Part shown: in pieces, positions 39,351 to 53,422 of the stretch
Position numbering within the stretch: position 1 is the stretch's first letter
How the letters are laid out: each line of letters starts with the position of its first letter
The notes under the pieces: model-generated
Told to the model about the DNA's origin: nothing
Database searches by the model: none
The model's input: the letters and a program-made list of their open reading frames with translations, nothing else
Position numbers and translations under genes: made by a program
DNA from: Schmidtea polychroa
Lineage: Eukaryota
Length of the DNA: 60,000 nt
Assembly (NCBI GenBank): GCA_044892525.1
Contig: CM097885.1
Location: forward strand, 23,686,001 to 23,746,000
Reading direction: 5' to 3'

Positions 39351-40262
39351 CTATATTAAACTCCACTGAAGACAAGTTAGAAGGTTAATATAATTATCTT
39401 GATAATATACAGCCAGTGCCTTTTTCTTCTCCAATAAACGTTCTAGCACATAAAACATAGAATCCCATCTCGTTGGAACGTAATTTATCAAGCAATGTAT
39501 GGGATATGGGTTGCCTGCTGCATCTTGTTGGAATGATTTATGAATCCGTTCAAGTAAACCATTAGCTATAGACGAATGTAGGAAATGTCTTACAATTTTA
39601 CGAGACAACGAAATTACATCTGTGATCCCTGGTGCGATTTTAGACCAACATTTATTACTAACTGAATCATATGGATATAATACCCAAGATCCGCCATTCT
39701 CGAAACACTAGCAGCCTTGACCATACTGAATCCATTATCTCTTACAAGCAAACCACGCATTCTCACATGAATTTTAAATTCTTCTAGCAAACTCAATATT
39801 GTATTACCGATCAGTTCCCCGGTATGCCTTCCGTTAACACTTCGCATTGCCAATACAACGAATTTTCGCTCCCATTTCTCGTTGATCTGATGCGCTGTTA
39901 AAGATAGAAATGAATTCAAATTATCAGTTGTTGTCCACATATCAGAAGTAAAACATATCACTCTTTATCATACATGAGGCCATTAAAAAACAGAAGTTTT
40001 CTTAACTTCTCAACAAAAAAAGGTCCCAATATTCTTTAGTAGATTCGTTTATAAGAATTATATAAAAACGGTAAATATAATGTTCAATATGCTCACAAAA
40101 CATCTATTTTACTATATAGATAAAAAAGAAGGCTTATGCCTTTATTTTGAATAGTCTTATTAGAAACACCATTCGTATGTCTTTTTGCCAAAGTCCGAAT
40201 AGTGAAAAAATTGGAAACTTCGGCCCGATTCAAAGTCCGAATCGAGTTTCGGCTAGTCCTTA
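39351..40262 (-). mobile_element. Truncated ZBED-like hAT relic, copy 2
   Basis: Duplicate of 24297-25208. Confidence 0.8.
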
Positions 40263-40994
40263 GCTTTCACCTTCCACCTGTCGTCCTAAAATTGTACCTA
40301 ATGCTAAATTACTGCCATCAGTCATTACGATAAAAAATTTTTTAAATATGGACATCTCAATAATTAAAACATCCGACATAAAAAATGTTTTGCAACTTGG
40401 GCAGCATATTTGTAGTTACAGTTGTAAAACTTCTGTAGATAGTGAGAATAGTTTTTCATGTTTTTCACATTATTATAATTTTAAAGTGAAACTGGCATAA
40501 CTTGGAATTTTTCAACACTTATTTATTTTTTATTTTAAAAATTAACATTAATATCAATTATTCATAAATGCAAAATTTTTCGACAAAAATGCAAAATTTT
40601 CAATTTTAATGCAAATTATTCTTTGTCCTAGATATTAACCTGTTAATTTCAAACAGTTTGATATTTATGAAATAATAAAAATCTCCGACAATAAAATCAT
40701 TGTAATTTCCTTTATTTTCATTTGCTTTCAGACAATGAGGCACCAATGAGAAAATACATGTAAGCGTTTTTGATAATGACGTAATATACATACTTTTGAA
40801 TAACCTTTTCCGACATAATTAATTTCTTGTGGCGTCAAAAACGTTTTGCACAGGAGCGCTTCTCGCCTATGGCACGGGACTTCTTTCAGGTTATAAAACA
40901 ATATTTTGATTTATATTTAACACCCATAACCTTTTATAGCAACCTAAAGGAAAACTGCCAAAACTCATGTTAAATACAAAATAAAATACTGATC

Positions 40995-41361
40995 GGTACT
41001 TCCGTGTTATCTTACCCCCAAAAATTAAATTATAAAATACAATTAAAATAATAATATAAAAAATGAAAGAATACATTATTGATGACGTTATTGAACATTA
41101 TTGAACATGAATTTATTAAGGCTATCTGTGATTTATGTGATTATGTGAGTTTATGTGGCGCAAACGTGTTCTAAGCAACATTGCCGATGTGTTCGACACT
41201 ATTCTCAAAGACATTGTGGTTTTCTGGCCACCTGGATGACCATTTACAAACTCTTTACAAACATTTGCTGAGTTTGTAACTGTGATTTAGAAAATAAATA
41301 TAATAATTATGTGTGTTCTTTTTTAATTTAATTTTTGGGGGTAAGATAACACGGAAGTACC
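40995..41361. mobile_element. Merlin-like MITE, copy 2
   Basis: Same TIR and TACTGATC TSD. Confidence 0.85.
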
Positions 41362-41538
41362 TACTGATCTTTAGTGTGAAGAACTGAAGATAAAGAAAAG
41401 AGAAATTGAAAATGAACTAACTTTAATTGAAAACATTATAATAGAAATTTGAACAAAATTTTACAAATAAATAAATCTGCATAATTTTCCAAAGATTATT
41501 CTTCCAGAAATTTGGAAAATATACAAATTATATTTTTA

Positions 41539-42609
41539 TCAAGCTCTTCTTTCTATATTTTTCTGCGTCATCTGAATAACTCGCTTGTAAACACTAAAGC
41601 AGTAAGACTGGGACAGGTAAATTCCATAAAAGCTGATAATAAAAGAAGTTAAAGCAACAAAAATTAACACAAGCTCAACGACTTCAAGTATGATTAGATT
41701 ATAGTTAAAAAGTTGAATTCCAAGGAAATAATTTTCCAATTTCTCTTTGCATGTTGGATGAATAACACTACGAAGCTTTTTTCTACATACAGTGACTGGC
41801 GTATTTTCCTTACAGCATTGTATTGGTATCAAAGACTTGTTGAATTTACGAATTATGTCCTTGTATGACTTGGCTCCACAGCATTCGAATACCGCCGAGC
41901 CAATGGCAATTACGTTGGTTAACTGATCGAAAGCCGTCACAACTTCATCATAAGTGACGTTTTGAAAATTACAAACCGTACACTTTGTAACTTCAAAAAA
42001 ACTATATAATTCTACAATAACCTGATTACTGATCCAACTTATTTTATTCTTAAAATTAAAAGAAAACTCTAAAATGCTACAGCCAAGTACAAACGCACTG
42101 GCACCGAAAATGAAAATAAAAATCATACTTTGCACCTCATAAGCAATAATTCCCACAAAACAACTAAAGAGGCTTCCTAAACCAAAAGCGATGTAATATT
42201 TCCCAATCCAAACAAAAGATCTCATGGAAGATCTTATTAAATATTGACAAATAATCTTAACAGTTTTATTTCTTCCAATTTGATTTTCGAGATTCGGCTG
42301 GTTAAAATGTTTCAATATCGGTTGAGGTTTAGGAATGGTCTTTAAGTTTTGCCTTTCGACGTTGAGCCTAATTCCTAAGATGACTTCATTTTTGCTGTTT
42401 AAACTAATATTATTTTTGATAATATATGACAATATTTCTTTTGTCACCAGTTTATAAGCGTTGACAGTAAAAATGTCGTTTAATGTAAAAATGACAAATC
42501 CGAATGCTAGAATGGCAATTGCAAATATTACGAGGAGAATTTGAAGAAATACTGCTAAATTCGCAAAAATATAAATTAATTTCAAAATCGAAGAGGGAGG
42601 ATATTTCAT
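41539..42609 (-). CDS. Intronless tetraspanin-family protein, copy 2
   Basis: Protein identical to copy 1. Confidence 0.88.
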   Translation of the reverse strand: MKYPPSSILKLIYIFANLAVFLQILLVIFAIAILAFGFVIFTLNDIFTVNAYKLVTKEILSYIIKNNISLNSKNEVILGIRLNVERQNLKTIPKPQPILKHFNQPNLENQIGRNKTVKIICQYLIRSSMRSFVWIGKYYIAFGLGSLFSCFVGIIAYEVQSMIFIFIFGASAFVLGCSILEFSFNFKNKISWISNQVIVELYSFFEVTKCTVCNFQNVTYDEVVTAFDQLTNVIAIGSAVFECCGAKSYKDIIRKFNKSLIPIQCCKENTPVTVCRKKLRSVIHPTCKEKLENYFLGIQLFNYNLIILEVVELVLIFVALTSFIISFYGIYLSQSYCFSVYKRVIQMTQKNIERRA

Positions 42610-43176
42610 TCCTATAAATTATTCATTTAAATTTTAAATATTCAATAATTATTTATTTAACAAGGTAATAATGTTTACATTAACAAACACATGCAGATAA
42701 GGTCTAAGTTAGGGAGTAGTATAGTGTGGACGGCGGCCTGGGCCACTTTTATCTAGTTATCATGTGGCTTGTTAAATGGGTTTTTGTTAAAGTGCATCTT
42801 TTTTCAAAAAAAATCTGATGTTATTTTTTAAAATGTGTTATGTTTAAATGCATCGTTTTAAATAGATATTTCGCGCTTTATTTAAATATGTTTATATTTA
42901 ATTAAGTTTTGTAGAGATAAATTTATTTTCAATTAATTAATTCTTTATTTCAAATTAGTTTCTTGTGTAAGAGAGTGTCAATGCTTGAATGGTTTTTATG
43001 CGGGTTGCATGTTTTCCCTGGTCTTTACATTTTTATTTTATATGTTATGTGAGCCTAATTGGTTTAAATACCTCTAAACTAGCTTACTCAGGACCTGCAC
43101 ATAAAATTCAAATTTTGAGGGGAATGACATTTTCCAAATAAAATTTTTACAAATACTCGAAATGGCAGGTAACAGA

Positions 43177-46100
43177 AGTTAAATCCGTCTTTAGATCCAT
43201 ATTTAAATTTCGCAGAAAAATCTTGAAACTAACAATATATATTTATTCAAAGAATTTATAAATAACAAGTTTTATTTAATTCACAAAAACCGCCAATTCC
43301 AAATTATTAAAACAACAAGATATCTAACTCTCCCCTTCTTAAGACTTTTTCCACTTCTTCAGCCACTCGATTCTTCTTTCTTTCGTTCCTTTTTGTGAAT
43401 GTAGTTCGACTCGATGAGGTGATAGAAATCTGGCGATTTTATATGGGCCATCGTATTGCAAGCCATCTTTGTGCCTGTTCTGCGGCTCTTTACGTACGAG
43501 TACCTCCTCCCCCACCTCGAAAACACGAGTGCCCCTCTTTGTCTTATCCATAGCTCTCATAGTGTCTGCGGCTTTACTCGAGTTAAATCTCGTGTCTTCG
43601 ATTTTTTCGCTTCTTGATATCTCGGCTTGTTTCAGGTTAGAGTGTAGGTTAACACTCCGTCCATAAATTATCTCAAATGGTGATAAACCTGTAGCACTTT
43701 GTCGACTGCTATTTATAGTGAACTCTATTCTGGGTAGAAGTTCGTGCCAGTTTCTCTCTTCACATCCGCCTGCCAATGTTGCTGTAATAAGATCTCTTAT
43801 CGTTCGTATGGCTCTTTCGGGTAAACCATTTGATTGGTGCTGATAAGGTGAGCTGAATTCCTGTTTGATTCCAAGTTTCTGTAGCTTCTGTCTTAGGAAA
43901 TTCCTTTCAAAATTTCGGCCTCTATCTGTTAAAATACTCTTCGGTTTTCCAAATCGATAGATCCAACTATTAGGTATTGTTTTGAAAATGGTCACTTCGT
44001 TTTGCTTTGTGATTGCAGTTAAAGAAATCAGTTTGCTAAAACGGTCCACCATTACTACCATATATTTTTTTTGGCGTTTATTTCCATGTAAGCCACATCT
44101 ATAACAATCTGTTCTAGGAATTCAGAGCTATATCTAGGAATAAATGTTTCCTTGGTTCTTGTCTGATCGATCTTTCTCTTAGCGCAGATCTCGCAACATT
44201 GTAAACAGAGTTGGATTGTTTCTTGCATTTTCGGCCAATAAAATATCTTTTCCATATAATGAAATAATTTCTTAACTCCAATGTGACATAGTTCTTCATG
44301 TAGCGTTGTTGTTAACAGGCCTGCAAATGTTTCTGGGACTAACATTAAGATATTTTTGTTCTTTTCTACTGTTATTAATCCTCCATCAATTTGTGTATTT
44401 TTTACGTTAAAAGGAAAACAATTCTTTTTCTCCCGTGTACATCCATTTTCCAATATCTCTCGCAGCTCTCGAAACCGAATGTCCTTTTGTTGTTGTTCCC
44501 ATACTTTTTCCATAGCTTCTGTTCTTTGGATAGTATATATATAATCTTTGATTTTCCTTCCTTAGCTTCTTCATGTCTTGTTTGACACTGGGTGCAAACC
44601 ATACTTTTTAATTTTGATAGTCCATCTGCATTCGAGTGTTCTTCGCCTTTCCGATATTTTAGTTCAAAATCATATTCCGACAGGTTAGCTAACCATGTTT
44701 GGAATTGCGGACTGATTGGCGTTTTTGTAGTGTTCATGAAAACCAATGCCTTGTGGTCGGTGCAAATTATGAATTTTTCCCCGTACAGATATTCTCTAAA
44801 ATGCATGACGTATTCATGTACGGCGAGCAGTTCTTTCCTGGTTACACAGTATCCCTTTTCATGTGATGACATATGTCTCGAGCCATAAGCTATGGCAGAT
44901 TCTTCTCCATCTTCTGTAATTTGACTCAAAACTGCACCAATGGCTCCGAAACTAGCGTCTGTGTCTAAGATAAAAGTCCTATCTTCTCTTGGAAAATCAA
45001 GGATAGGTGCTTCGCACAACCGTCTCTTCAGAGTTTGGAAGCTCTCATTGCATTCTTTAGTCCAATGTATATCTTTATCGCATCCAGATGTTGCAGCGTA
45101 TAATGGTTGGGCGATTTTGGCATAGTCTTTGATGAATCTTCTATAGTAGTTCGTTAATCTGAGAAAAACGATCTCAATTGTTTTGAACATTTTGGTACTT
45201 CTGCTTTCTCGATCTCTTCCACTTTCTTCCTGTTAGTCTGGATACCCTTCTCGTTAATTGTGTGACCAAGGAAACACAATTATGTTTTATTGAATTTGCA
45301 TTTTTCTGGATTTATCTTCAGTCCTGCCACTTGAATTCTTCTGAATATTTCCCTTAATAGCTCATAGTGGTCTTTTTGACTTTTACCATATACCAAGATA
45401 TCATCTAGATAAACTACTACTCCCTTGAATAGCATTCTTTCTAGCACTGTGTGCATCAGTCTCTGGAATGTCGCAGGAGCTGTTGCTAAGCCAAATGGTA
45501 GTCTATTGAAGCAAAATTGTCCTTCTCTTGTACTGAATGCAGTCATTTCTTGAACTTCTGGAGCCAACTCCACTTGATAATACGCCTGACCTCAATCGAT
45601 TGACGAAAATATTTTTGCATTCGCGAGACAGTCTAGTAAGAATTTGGTGTTAGGCATAGGAAATGACTCTGTTATGGAATTTAATCCACGATAATCTACA
45701 CACATCCTAATAGATCCATCTTTCTTCCCTACTATCACTAACAGGGCATTCCAAGGACTCTTGCAACACCGAATAACATTAGCTTTCATTAAAGCTTTTA
45801 ACAGTTCTTCAATCCTTTTCTCCATGTGCATCGGTTGACGTCGAGGATGTTGCATTATTGAGCCTCCTGTTATCCGCATCTCATGTCGAACTAAGTTTGT
45901 AAACCCCAGATCGAATTTCGATGCCATAAAAATTCCGCCGTATTCCTTGATCATTCCTTCAATATCTTTATTATTCTCACCTGCCATCGCCACTAGTGTT
46001 TTATTTATTCTTTCTTCATCAGTGTAAATTTTGTTTATCAATGACGTTTCTATATTATTGATTTTCATTAACTTTACTCCAAACTCTTTCATTGTATCAA

Positions 46101-47860
46101 TGCCCCATATGAATTCGGGTTTGATCTCTTTTACCACTACTACTGTGATTATTTTGGTCTTCTGATTCCACGTGGCCGGTATAGTCATGTATCCCATTGC
46201 TTCTTCACCTCCAGTTGAAAAAACTCCGCACAATAATATCATACTACGTTTAAGTTCTGGTTTGCCTATTTTCTCCCACAAATTCTTGCTCATGACTGTT
46301 ACTGATGCTCCAGAATCCCATAACATCTCTGTTTCGGCATTATTCAACACTATTTTACTCCAATTTCTTCCAACTTTCGTCTGGTACATCTCTTCTTCTG
46401 CCTCGTCTCTTCGTCGTTCATTTCTTATTTCACAATTTATTGTCTTGACTCCACCGACGAAATGAAACCCATGGAGTCGCTGATGTTTTTTCCGTCTTCT
46501 TTCAATATAGTATATTTCTCAGGGACATTGTATCTATCTTCCATATTGCTGTGATTCATTCTGAAATCCTGGCTGTTCTCGGTGTAATCTCCTGTTTCAG
46601 ATTTTGAATCTTCTTCTTCTATGCACGCTATTCTTTGATATCGGTGTGGAACATCTTTCCGTAACGAAAAACAATCTCGGAACCCGTGTTCTTCCTTGCC
46701 ACATATCAGGCATTTATTTCCCAGTGGACACTCATACCTTCTATGTCCCCTTTCGCTACAGCAAAAACAATCACCTACCGTTAATTTTGGGACCGATGCT
46801 TGTGGTAGTCCCCTACTTTCGTTGTACAGCCTCCTTGCAATATTCTTCATGAATATTGTTGGCAGCTTCCTTTCTGAGCTATTCGGGATTCTCGTATTTC
46901 TCAAGAATTGTTCTCTTGGAGATTGTTCTCGACGACCATGGTTATTTCCTTCGTATTGTATTGGTCCGCGTATAGGATGTTCGTCTCTTCTTGATCTGTT
47001 GTGACTAAATGGGTCTTCTGATAGTCTTCTTTGTGGTGATGTAGGCATGGGATCTTGGGTATTCTTTTGAATTCTCATCTTCCCTCCCTCAGTCACGCTA
47101 GCGTATGTTCTTTGACCGATTGCTTTAATAAATTCTGTTTTATGGTTTCCGTTTTTGTTACTTTCAAAGATTTTCGCCAATGATCTCGTTTATTCAATTT
47201 TTGTTTCTGGTTTCGTCAATAGTATCTCCCTCAGTCTCGCATCGCGTGCTTTATTTGTGATGAGGTCTTGAACAATATCTTCTTCTGATCGTCCTGAATT
47301 TACAATTTCAGCAAAAGCTTTTCTTAGCCGTATCTCAAAAGCTGCAAACCGTTCATCATCTTCCTGTTCCAAAGCTGCCAATTCTCTGATTTTGTCAGTT
47401 ATTGATTTTGTAATTGTGAACGTATTTAAGAACCACGCTTTGACTTTTACATCTGTTATTTCTGTTTGTTTGACGTTTCCCCACAATGTCTTTGCTTCTG
47501 CCACTAATAACACATCGGGAGTGCTTGTCAATCGTTGCATATTTATCAGCAACCATTCTTATATATCCCTGATCCAATCTTCGGCTTCTTTTAAACCTCG
47601 TCCATCATATCGTCTGATGTTCAGTGTGAGCATGTCATGGCATGATTTCGGTAGGCATTCCATTAGCGATTTTGTCGATTTCGAAATGGCGCTGATATTT
47701 TGATTTTCGGCGTGGTCGCCAGTTAAATCAGTCTTTAGATCCATCTTTAAATTTCGCAGAAAAATCTTGAAACTAACAATATATATTTATTCAAAGAATT
47801 TATAAATAACAAGTTTTACTTAATTCACAAAAAACCGCCAATTCCAAATTATTAAAAACT
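43177..47860 (-). mobile_element. Ty3/Gypsy LTR retrotransposon, copy 2
   Basis: Same LTRs, ACAGA TSD and fragmented gag-pol (43339-47744). Confidence 0.95.
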
Positions 47861-48093
47861 ACAGAAAATTTTCCTTTAAAATGTGAAGTTGCAATTTCAT
47901 TGCAGAATATTATTTAAATATGTAAATGTAATTAGTCTAATCGATAAATATTAAATAAAAATTATTTCGGTAAAATAATAAACTCTTTTCTATTGTAAAA
48001 TATATTATAAAATTATATAAAAATTTAAATTAATTTCAGAAAAATAACTGAAAACAAAGTACAAGTTTTTGAAAAATACAATTTAAATAAAAT

Positions 48094-49850
48094 AAGATTT
48101 GGGAATATTTTTTAAGAGAAAAGGATGGTTAAAGTGACCAATGTAACATATGTAATAAGGAACTCCAAATATTAGGTGGATCAACATGTGGACTCCACAC
48201 ACTTCAAATCAGTACACAAAATTGTACTTGAAAATTTTTCTCCAGCTCCATCTTCAGACTCTGTGTCGCAGTCGCAGCCTATTCCACTTTGTGAATTCTA
48301 AACTAGATTTGGAATCGTTTCAAGCAGTCATATCAAAATTAACAGCAGTGGATAGAATTTCATTGAGATTTCTAACTAAATCTGAGGAATTGAGAAAATC
48401 CCTTAATTCCAGAGGATTTCATGTCCCATCACCTCCTCAAATTATAAGACAGAATGTCATGGAATATGCAGAAATGATTAAAAATCAAATTAAATTAGAG
48501 TTTTTATATTTAAGAAGAAAGGAGTTAAATTTTCATTGTCTTTTGATGAATGGACCTCATCTGGAAACAAAGGATTTATTGTGATTATTATACAATATAG
48601 AAATCATGTCTGGCATTTGGGACTTGTTAGAGTTAAAGACACTTTGTCAGCCCCAAATTATATAATATTTCTAAAAAAAAGATTGGATATCTGTGGACTA
48701 GATTTAGACGGATGTAGTGTTATGAAAAAAGTGCATAAAGAAATTGGAGGGATTTCGCAATTGTGTCAATCTCATGGATTTCAATTGGCAGTCATAGATG
48801 TTCTTTGCAAAAGTAGTGGTGAAACCAACAAAATTTCTCAATGTCAAGATGAAAATGACAGTGATAACGATAATGATAACGAAGAGAATGAAAATGAAAG
48901 TACTTGCAATTTCGAAGTAGTCAATACTGGAGATAATGTAGAAATAAAATTCAGAGTATGATACTTTAGTTCAAAGAGCAAGAAGAACTGTGAAAATATT
49001 CAGAAAATCCTCTAAGAACGAAGCAATTCTTTTGAAATATGTTAGACAAGACACAGAAAAAAGAATTTAAGCTCATCCTGAATTCAAAAACAATGTAGAA
49101 TACCATGTTAGCTATGCTAGACCGTTTTGTATCACTTAAAACCTGTATTTTGAAGGCCTTAATTGATATTAAGTCTGAATTAACAATGAACGAAGAAGAG
49201 TTTTCAGCTTTGAATGATATGCTACAGCTTGAACTCCAGTCAAACTAGGAGTAGAAGCATTATGCAGACAAGATTCGAATTTATTAACATCTGATGCTAC
49301 TTTGAATTTTATTTTGGAAAACATTTCAGAGACAGTTTTTGGAAACAAATTGAAGGAAGCGTTGATCGAACGAATTGCTGAGAGAAGATGCGTTGCAGTA
49401 CTTGCATCGCGGTGATTTGTCGGAAGTTAAAAGTTTACCGAGAATTCGCCCGAGTAAAACAAAATTATTGACCATTTTCCTAGAAATTTTGCAGTCTTCG
49501 TTAGCACAGGAAACTAAAAATGATGCCGTACACTTTTAATCCACAAAATCCCTCACTAAAAAACAAATTAAATTTAGCTATCAACAGTCAAAATGAGTTA
49601 AAAATTAAGCAAAACCCTACACAATCAAATAAGTTATCTTCAATTTTGAAAAGAGAAATGGATCTATTTGAAGTCAATGGAAGTACCGGCATCAACCTCA
49701 TATACACGATTGGTTATTGAACGGTAAACCCACCAGTGTCGAACCAGAGAGAGCATTTTCAGCATCCAACAATTTTATTACAAAACTTCGTACTTCTCTT
49801 GGAGATGATAAATTTGATGCCATATTTTATTTTATGATCATATTTAATGA
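48094..49850 (+). pseudogene. BED-finger hAT transposase, heavily decayed
   Basis: KIWEYF..QCNIC..GGSTCGLH BED finger; LSFDEWTS; LCQSHGFQLAVIDVL; PTSVEPERAFSAS; subterminal AATACCGAAATACCGGTATT at ~49992. Confidence 0.85.
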
Positions 49851-50433
49851 GAAAATCGCAAATTGATTTAATTTCTTAAATTTAAGTCTATTCATAGTAG
49901 ATACATTATGAATAAATAATTATAACAAAACCAGATAATAAATTTTTATAAACTTCATAAAATTTAATTTTTTGAAAGGTTTGAAAATTTCAATACCGAA
50001 ATACCGGTATTGAAAAAATGGCCAAATCCCGACATGTACTAGTATGAATAAATGAACCATATTCTAAGCCCTGCAACATATATCATAAGTAATTAACTTT
50101 TAACTACTAATTAGGATACATGATAAATTCCAATTAAGAATTTTTTAAATCCTTATAGCCACACAAATTATGACAAACAAATAATATTAACATGATTTCT
50201 TTAGTTATAATACATTTTTTACTTACAAGATAAATAGATATTCTCGTAAAATGGGCGTGATCTCTAAACTGGTCTTTCTTTCATACAAAGATAAAAAAAT
50301 TGACATGTATCAAACGAGTATTCTTTATCCAATGTAAGTGGTGACATTAAATTTTCTCTCTATTTTGTAATACGGAAGTACAATTTTTGTCACTATTTTT
50401 CATTTTTCTTCAACTGTTTTGATCTTTATATAT

Positions 50434-50500
50434 CAGCGGTTTCCAATCTTTCTGACCCCTTGATAACATTTGTCCAGTTGTGGCGACCCCAACAATAAAA
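50434..50500 (+). mobile_element. Possible hAT-Charlie-like terminal fragment
   Basis: CAGCGGTTTCCAATCTT...TGTGGCGACCCC resembles Charlie-type ends; no partner TIR found. Confidence 0.35.
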
Positions 50501-51844
50501 TTAATATAGTTGCTCCACAGTCACTGCATTTTTTCAGTTAACTATTATGTTTTTGACTTCTAAACATTTGATTTTATTTATATTTTATACTTAATGGCAC
50601 CATATTTTTTTGTTACCAATTTGTTATTTGTTTTGGTTAACATTTTTAAAAATGAAATTGGAAATGAATAAAATATTTACATTTACAATATTTTAAGTGT
50701 GTAATGTACAATGTTAATTTTTTTTGGAGTTCAACAAGAGAGGTACAAAATGAGGTAAAAAATCAATAAAAACACCAAATTCACAATAGTAATTTAAGGT
50801 ACAAAAATATTAATTAAAAATCAAAAAATTTTTAAAATGAATATTTTTCGGAGGAAACTGGTATGACCGGCTGCCTAACAATGAGACGAGTTCAACTATA
50901 ATAAAATAAAATCAGTGGGGAGGTCCCTAGAAGGAATTAATTACAAAAAACTAAAATTAATTAAAAATTAATTAGCCAATGGGAAACCCGAGACAACAGA
51001 AAATTCGAGCGAATTGAGAGAACCTGAATGGTCAATCAAATTATTAGAGGCAATTAAATTAGCCCATAAATAATTAAATTGGGGCAAGCCATCAAAGGAG
51101 ACGAGCAAATTCCTCAAAGTAATTAGAGCGACAAGAGGAAGCCCGGGGGAAATTGGATTCGAAATAATTTGACACAGTAAAATCAAATTAAGAGAAGGGT
51201 ATAAAAGCGACCGGCAAGTTAACAGAATTGCCAGTAGGTCGAAGAAACATAAATTAATAGTTTAGCGAAAGTATTAAAAGGAAAAATTGAACTTAGTGAT
51301 AACTGAATATTTTCGAATCGAGCGTACCAGAAAGGGACATCTCCCGTTGGAAGATTAATCCCTGCGCAAGGTTTACATTGGTATTGAAAAGTGCAGACCA
51401 AAGAGTTGTTTAAAGTGTGGTTGTTTCAATAAAGAGTGTAATCAAAGTGTATTGTATTAGTATCGAATAAAGATTTTGCGTTGGGTTGTTTAACTTAATT
51501 TCAAAAAGAACACAAAGGAGTCAGATCGGGATACCGACTTGCACAAAATACCCAACATATTTGGTGAGCCCGAAAATTTGTTGAGATTGGGAAAGTATTG
51601 TAAAGTGATATAAGAAAAATATATATTGAAGTAGAAAATTTGATTTAAACGTGGTGAATATTATTCGAGAATTGTTAAAGTAGTGATATTGTTTTTGAAG
51701 TGAAAAAAATTGTGGAAATTGATTATTGGAAAGTCAAAATAAAAACGAAAGGTAAATTTTGTAATTGTAAATTTTATGCGAATGAAACCTGTGTTGACCC
51801 GATCATTTTTTAAATTGAGAAGCCAAAAATTAGTAGAGAATATA

Positions 51845-52622
51845 ATGAGCACCCAAAGACAAGCCAATAATACAAATAACAATGATGAAACACCAGTGTC
51901 CACGGTGGGCAACAGCAAGGAAGGCAATGATTATGCGAGTTGTCAAAAACTACCTGTAGATCAGCACGGAGGAGATCCGCTGGAATTTGTCGACTTCATG
52001 GCTGATTATTATATGTATGCGACAGCCTATGGATGGAGCCAATCGATAATGTTGCAAATTTTACAGCTATACCTGAAAAGAGCAGCCAGAGAAGCATGGC
52101 AGTAAAATTGATAAAAGATTAGTAGCAAATGACTGGACAAAGTTGAATGATGCACTAGCGGCGAAATTAATCGGAGGAGATATAAAAAGGATAATGCGGC
52201 AGAAATTCAATAACCGCGTATAAAAGTAAGTTTGTTTGCTCATCATTTATCAACTCTTGCAGAGAAAACATTCGAAGTGAAACGAGAATAGGTCGAGGTG
52301 GCAAAGCAAGTAAAGAAGTTATTACAGGATCAATTTTTGTCGGGAGTAAAGAAAGAAATTAAAAAGGTTTTGTGTTACGTTGATTTTAATGACTAATGAA
52401 TTTATTTAAAATGCAATGAAAATTGAGCTGAATTTAAAAAGCACAGTGTTAAAATCAGAGTCATTTGCAGTCATTTCAGGCGCAAGTGAAAGATCAATAA
52501 CTCCAGTTAAAAACAATCAGATCCAACAAGCAAGTATTCCATCACAAAAATTTAGATCAAAATTTGAGTCGAACAAGTCAACAGATATTCAAATAGATAG
52601 AAAAGAAGGTCCTATCCAATGA
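51845..52622 (+). pseudogene. Retrotransposon gag-like, disrupted
   Basis: GDPLEFVDFMADYYMYATAYGWSQSIMLQILQLYLKRAAREAW capsid-like motif and later LLQDQFLSGV; stops and frameshifts. Confidence 0.75.
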
Positions 52623-52959
52623 AGAACCTATCCAAATGTTCACCATAATAAGAAATTTGTAAATGAAGTTAGCAAACGAAGTTGAGCTGTCACCGAAAGA
52701 AGAATATCATCTTTATGTGACCAAGGGTACGGTAAAAGTACTGAGGAATAACAATGAAGTATGGTGGTAACTAAGAAAATTTACGTCTTGGAAGTTGCAG
52801 AAAGACTTCATGTGGCAAATATTACGAGTGGGTGAAGTACCATAGATGCATTCGAGTGAAGGAGAAGACCCAATGTTATTGAAGATTTCGAAAGATATGC
52901 TGAAAAAGAAAATGTCTTTTCTCAGAAAAGAAATGAATCTAGAAGAAATCCCCAATAGA

Positions 52960-53422
52960 ATACTATTTATCGATGCGGAATATGGCACTTCAGAACAAAG
53001 AAAATGGTTCTTTTGGCGGTAGCGATCATGAACTATTATAGAAAAATAATAAAGGACGTATACCTGACTCCAGGGGAAAGATTTCGACATTTCAACTCGA
53101 GAATCCACAGAAAAAACAGAAGTGGCTAGCAGGAAACAATGCGATCAATAGGTTTTAACAAAGGACATTCAACAGCTGACAGTGGGTAAGATATTGGTAG
53201 GCCATGATCTACATGCAGAACTGCAATATTTGAGGATATGAATTGAGCAATTGTATGGTATTCGTGATTTAGCAGCAGCACCAATACTGCAGAACATGTG
53301 AGTAACCATAAGAGTAGAATAGTTTAAATTACAAACACTGGTAAAAGAAATGTGAAGAAGAGACTCAAATTGACATACATTCAGCTCTCCAGAACGTGAA
53401 AAGTGTTCGCAAAGTATACCAG
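52960..53422 (+). pseudogene. DEDDh 3'-5' exonuclease (REXO4/ISG20-like), decayed
   Basis: Across frameshifts: ILFIDAEYG / LLAVAIMNYYRKIIKDVYLTP..FNSRIH / GKILVGHDLHAELQYL..GIRDLA..FKLQTLVKEM / QIDIHSALQNVKSVRKVY. Confidence 0.8.

Larger units (their letters stand above)
33469..48524 (+). repeat. Tandem segmental duplication, copy 2
   Basis: Junction ...AGAAAGG(AG)GCGAGTGG...; the only difference noticed is a (TA)n tract 2 bp shorter. Confidence 0.97.
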
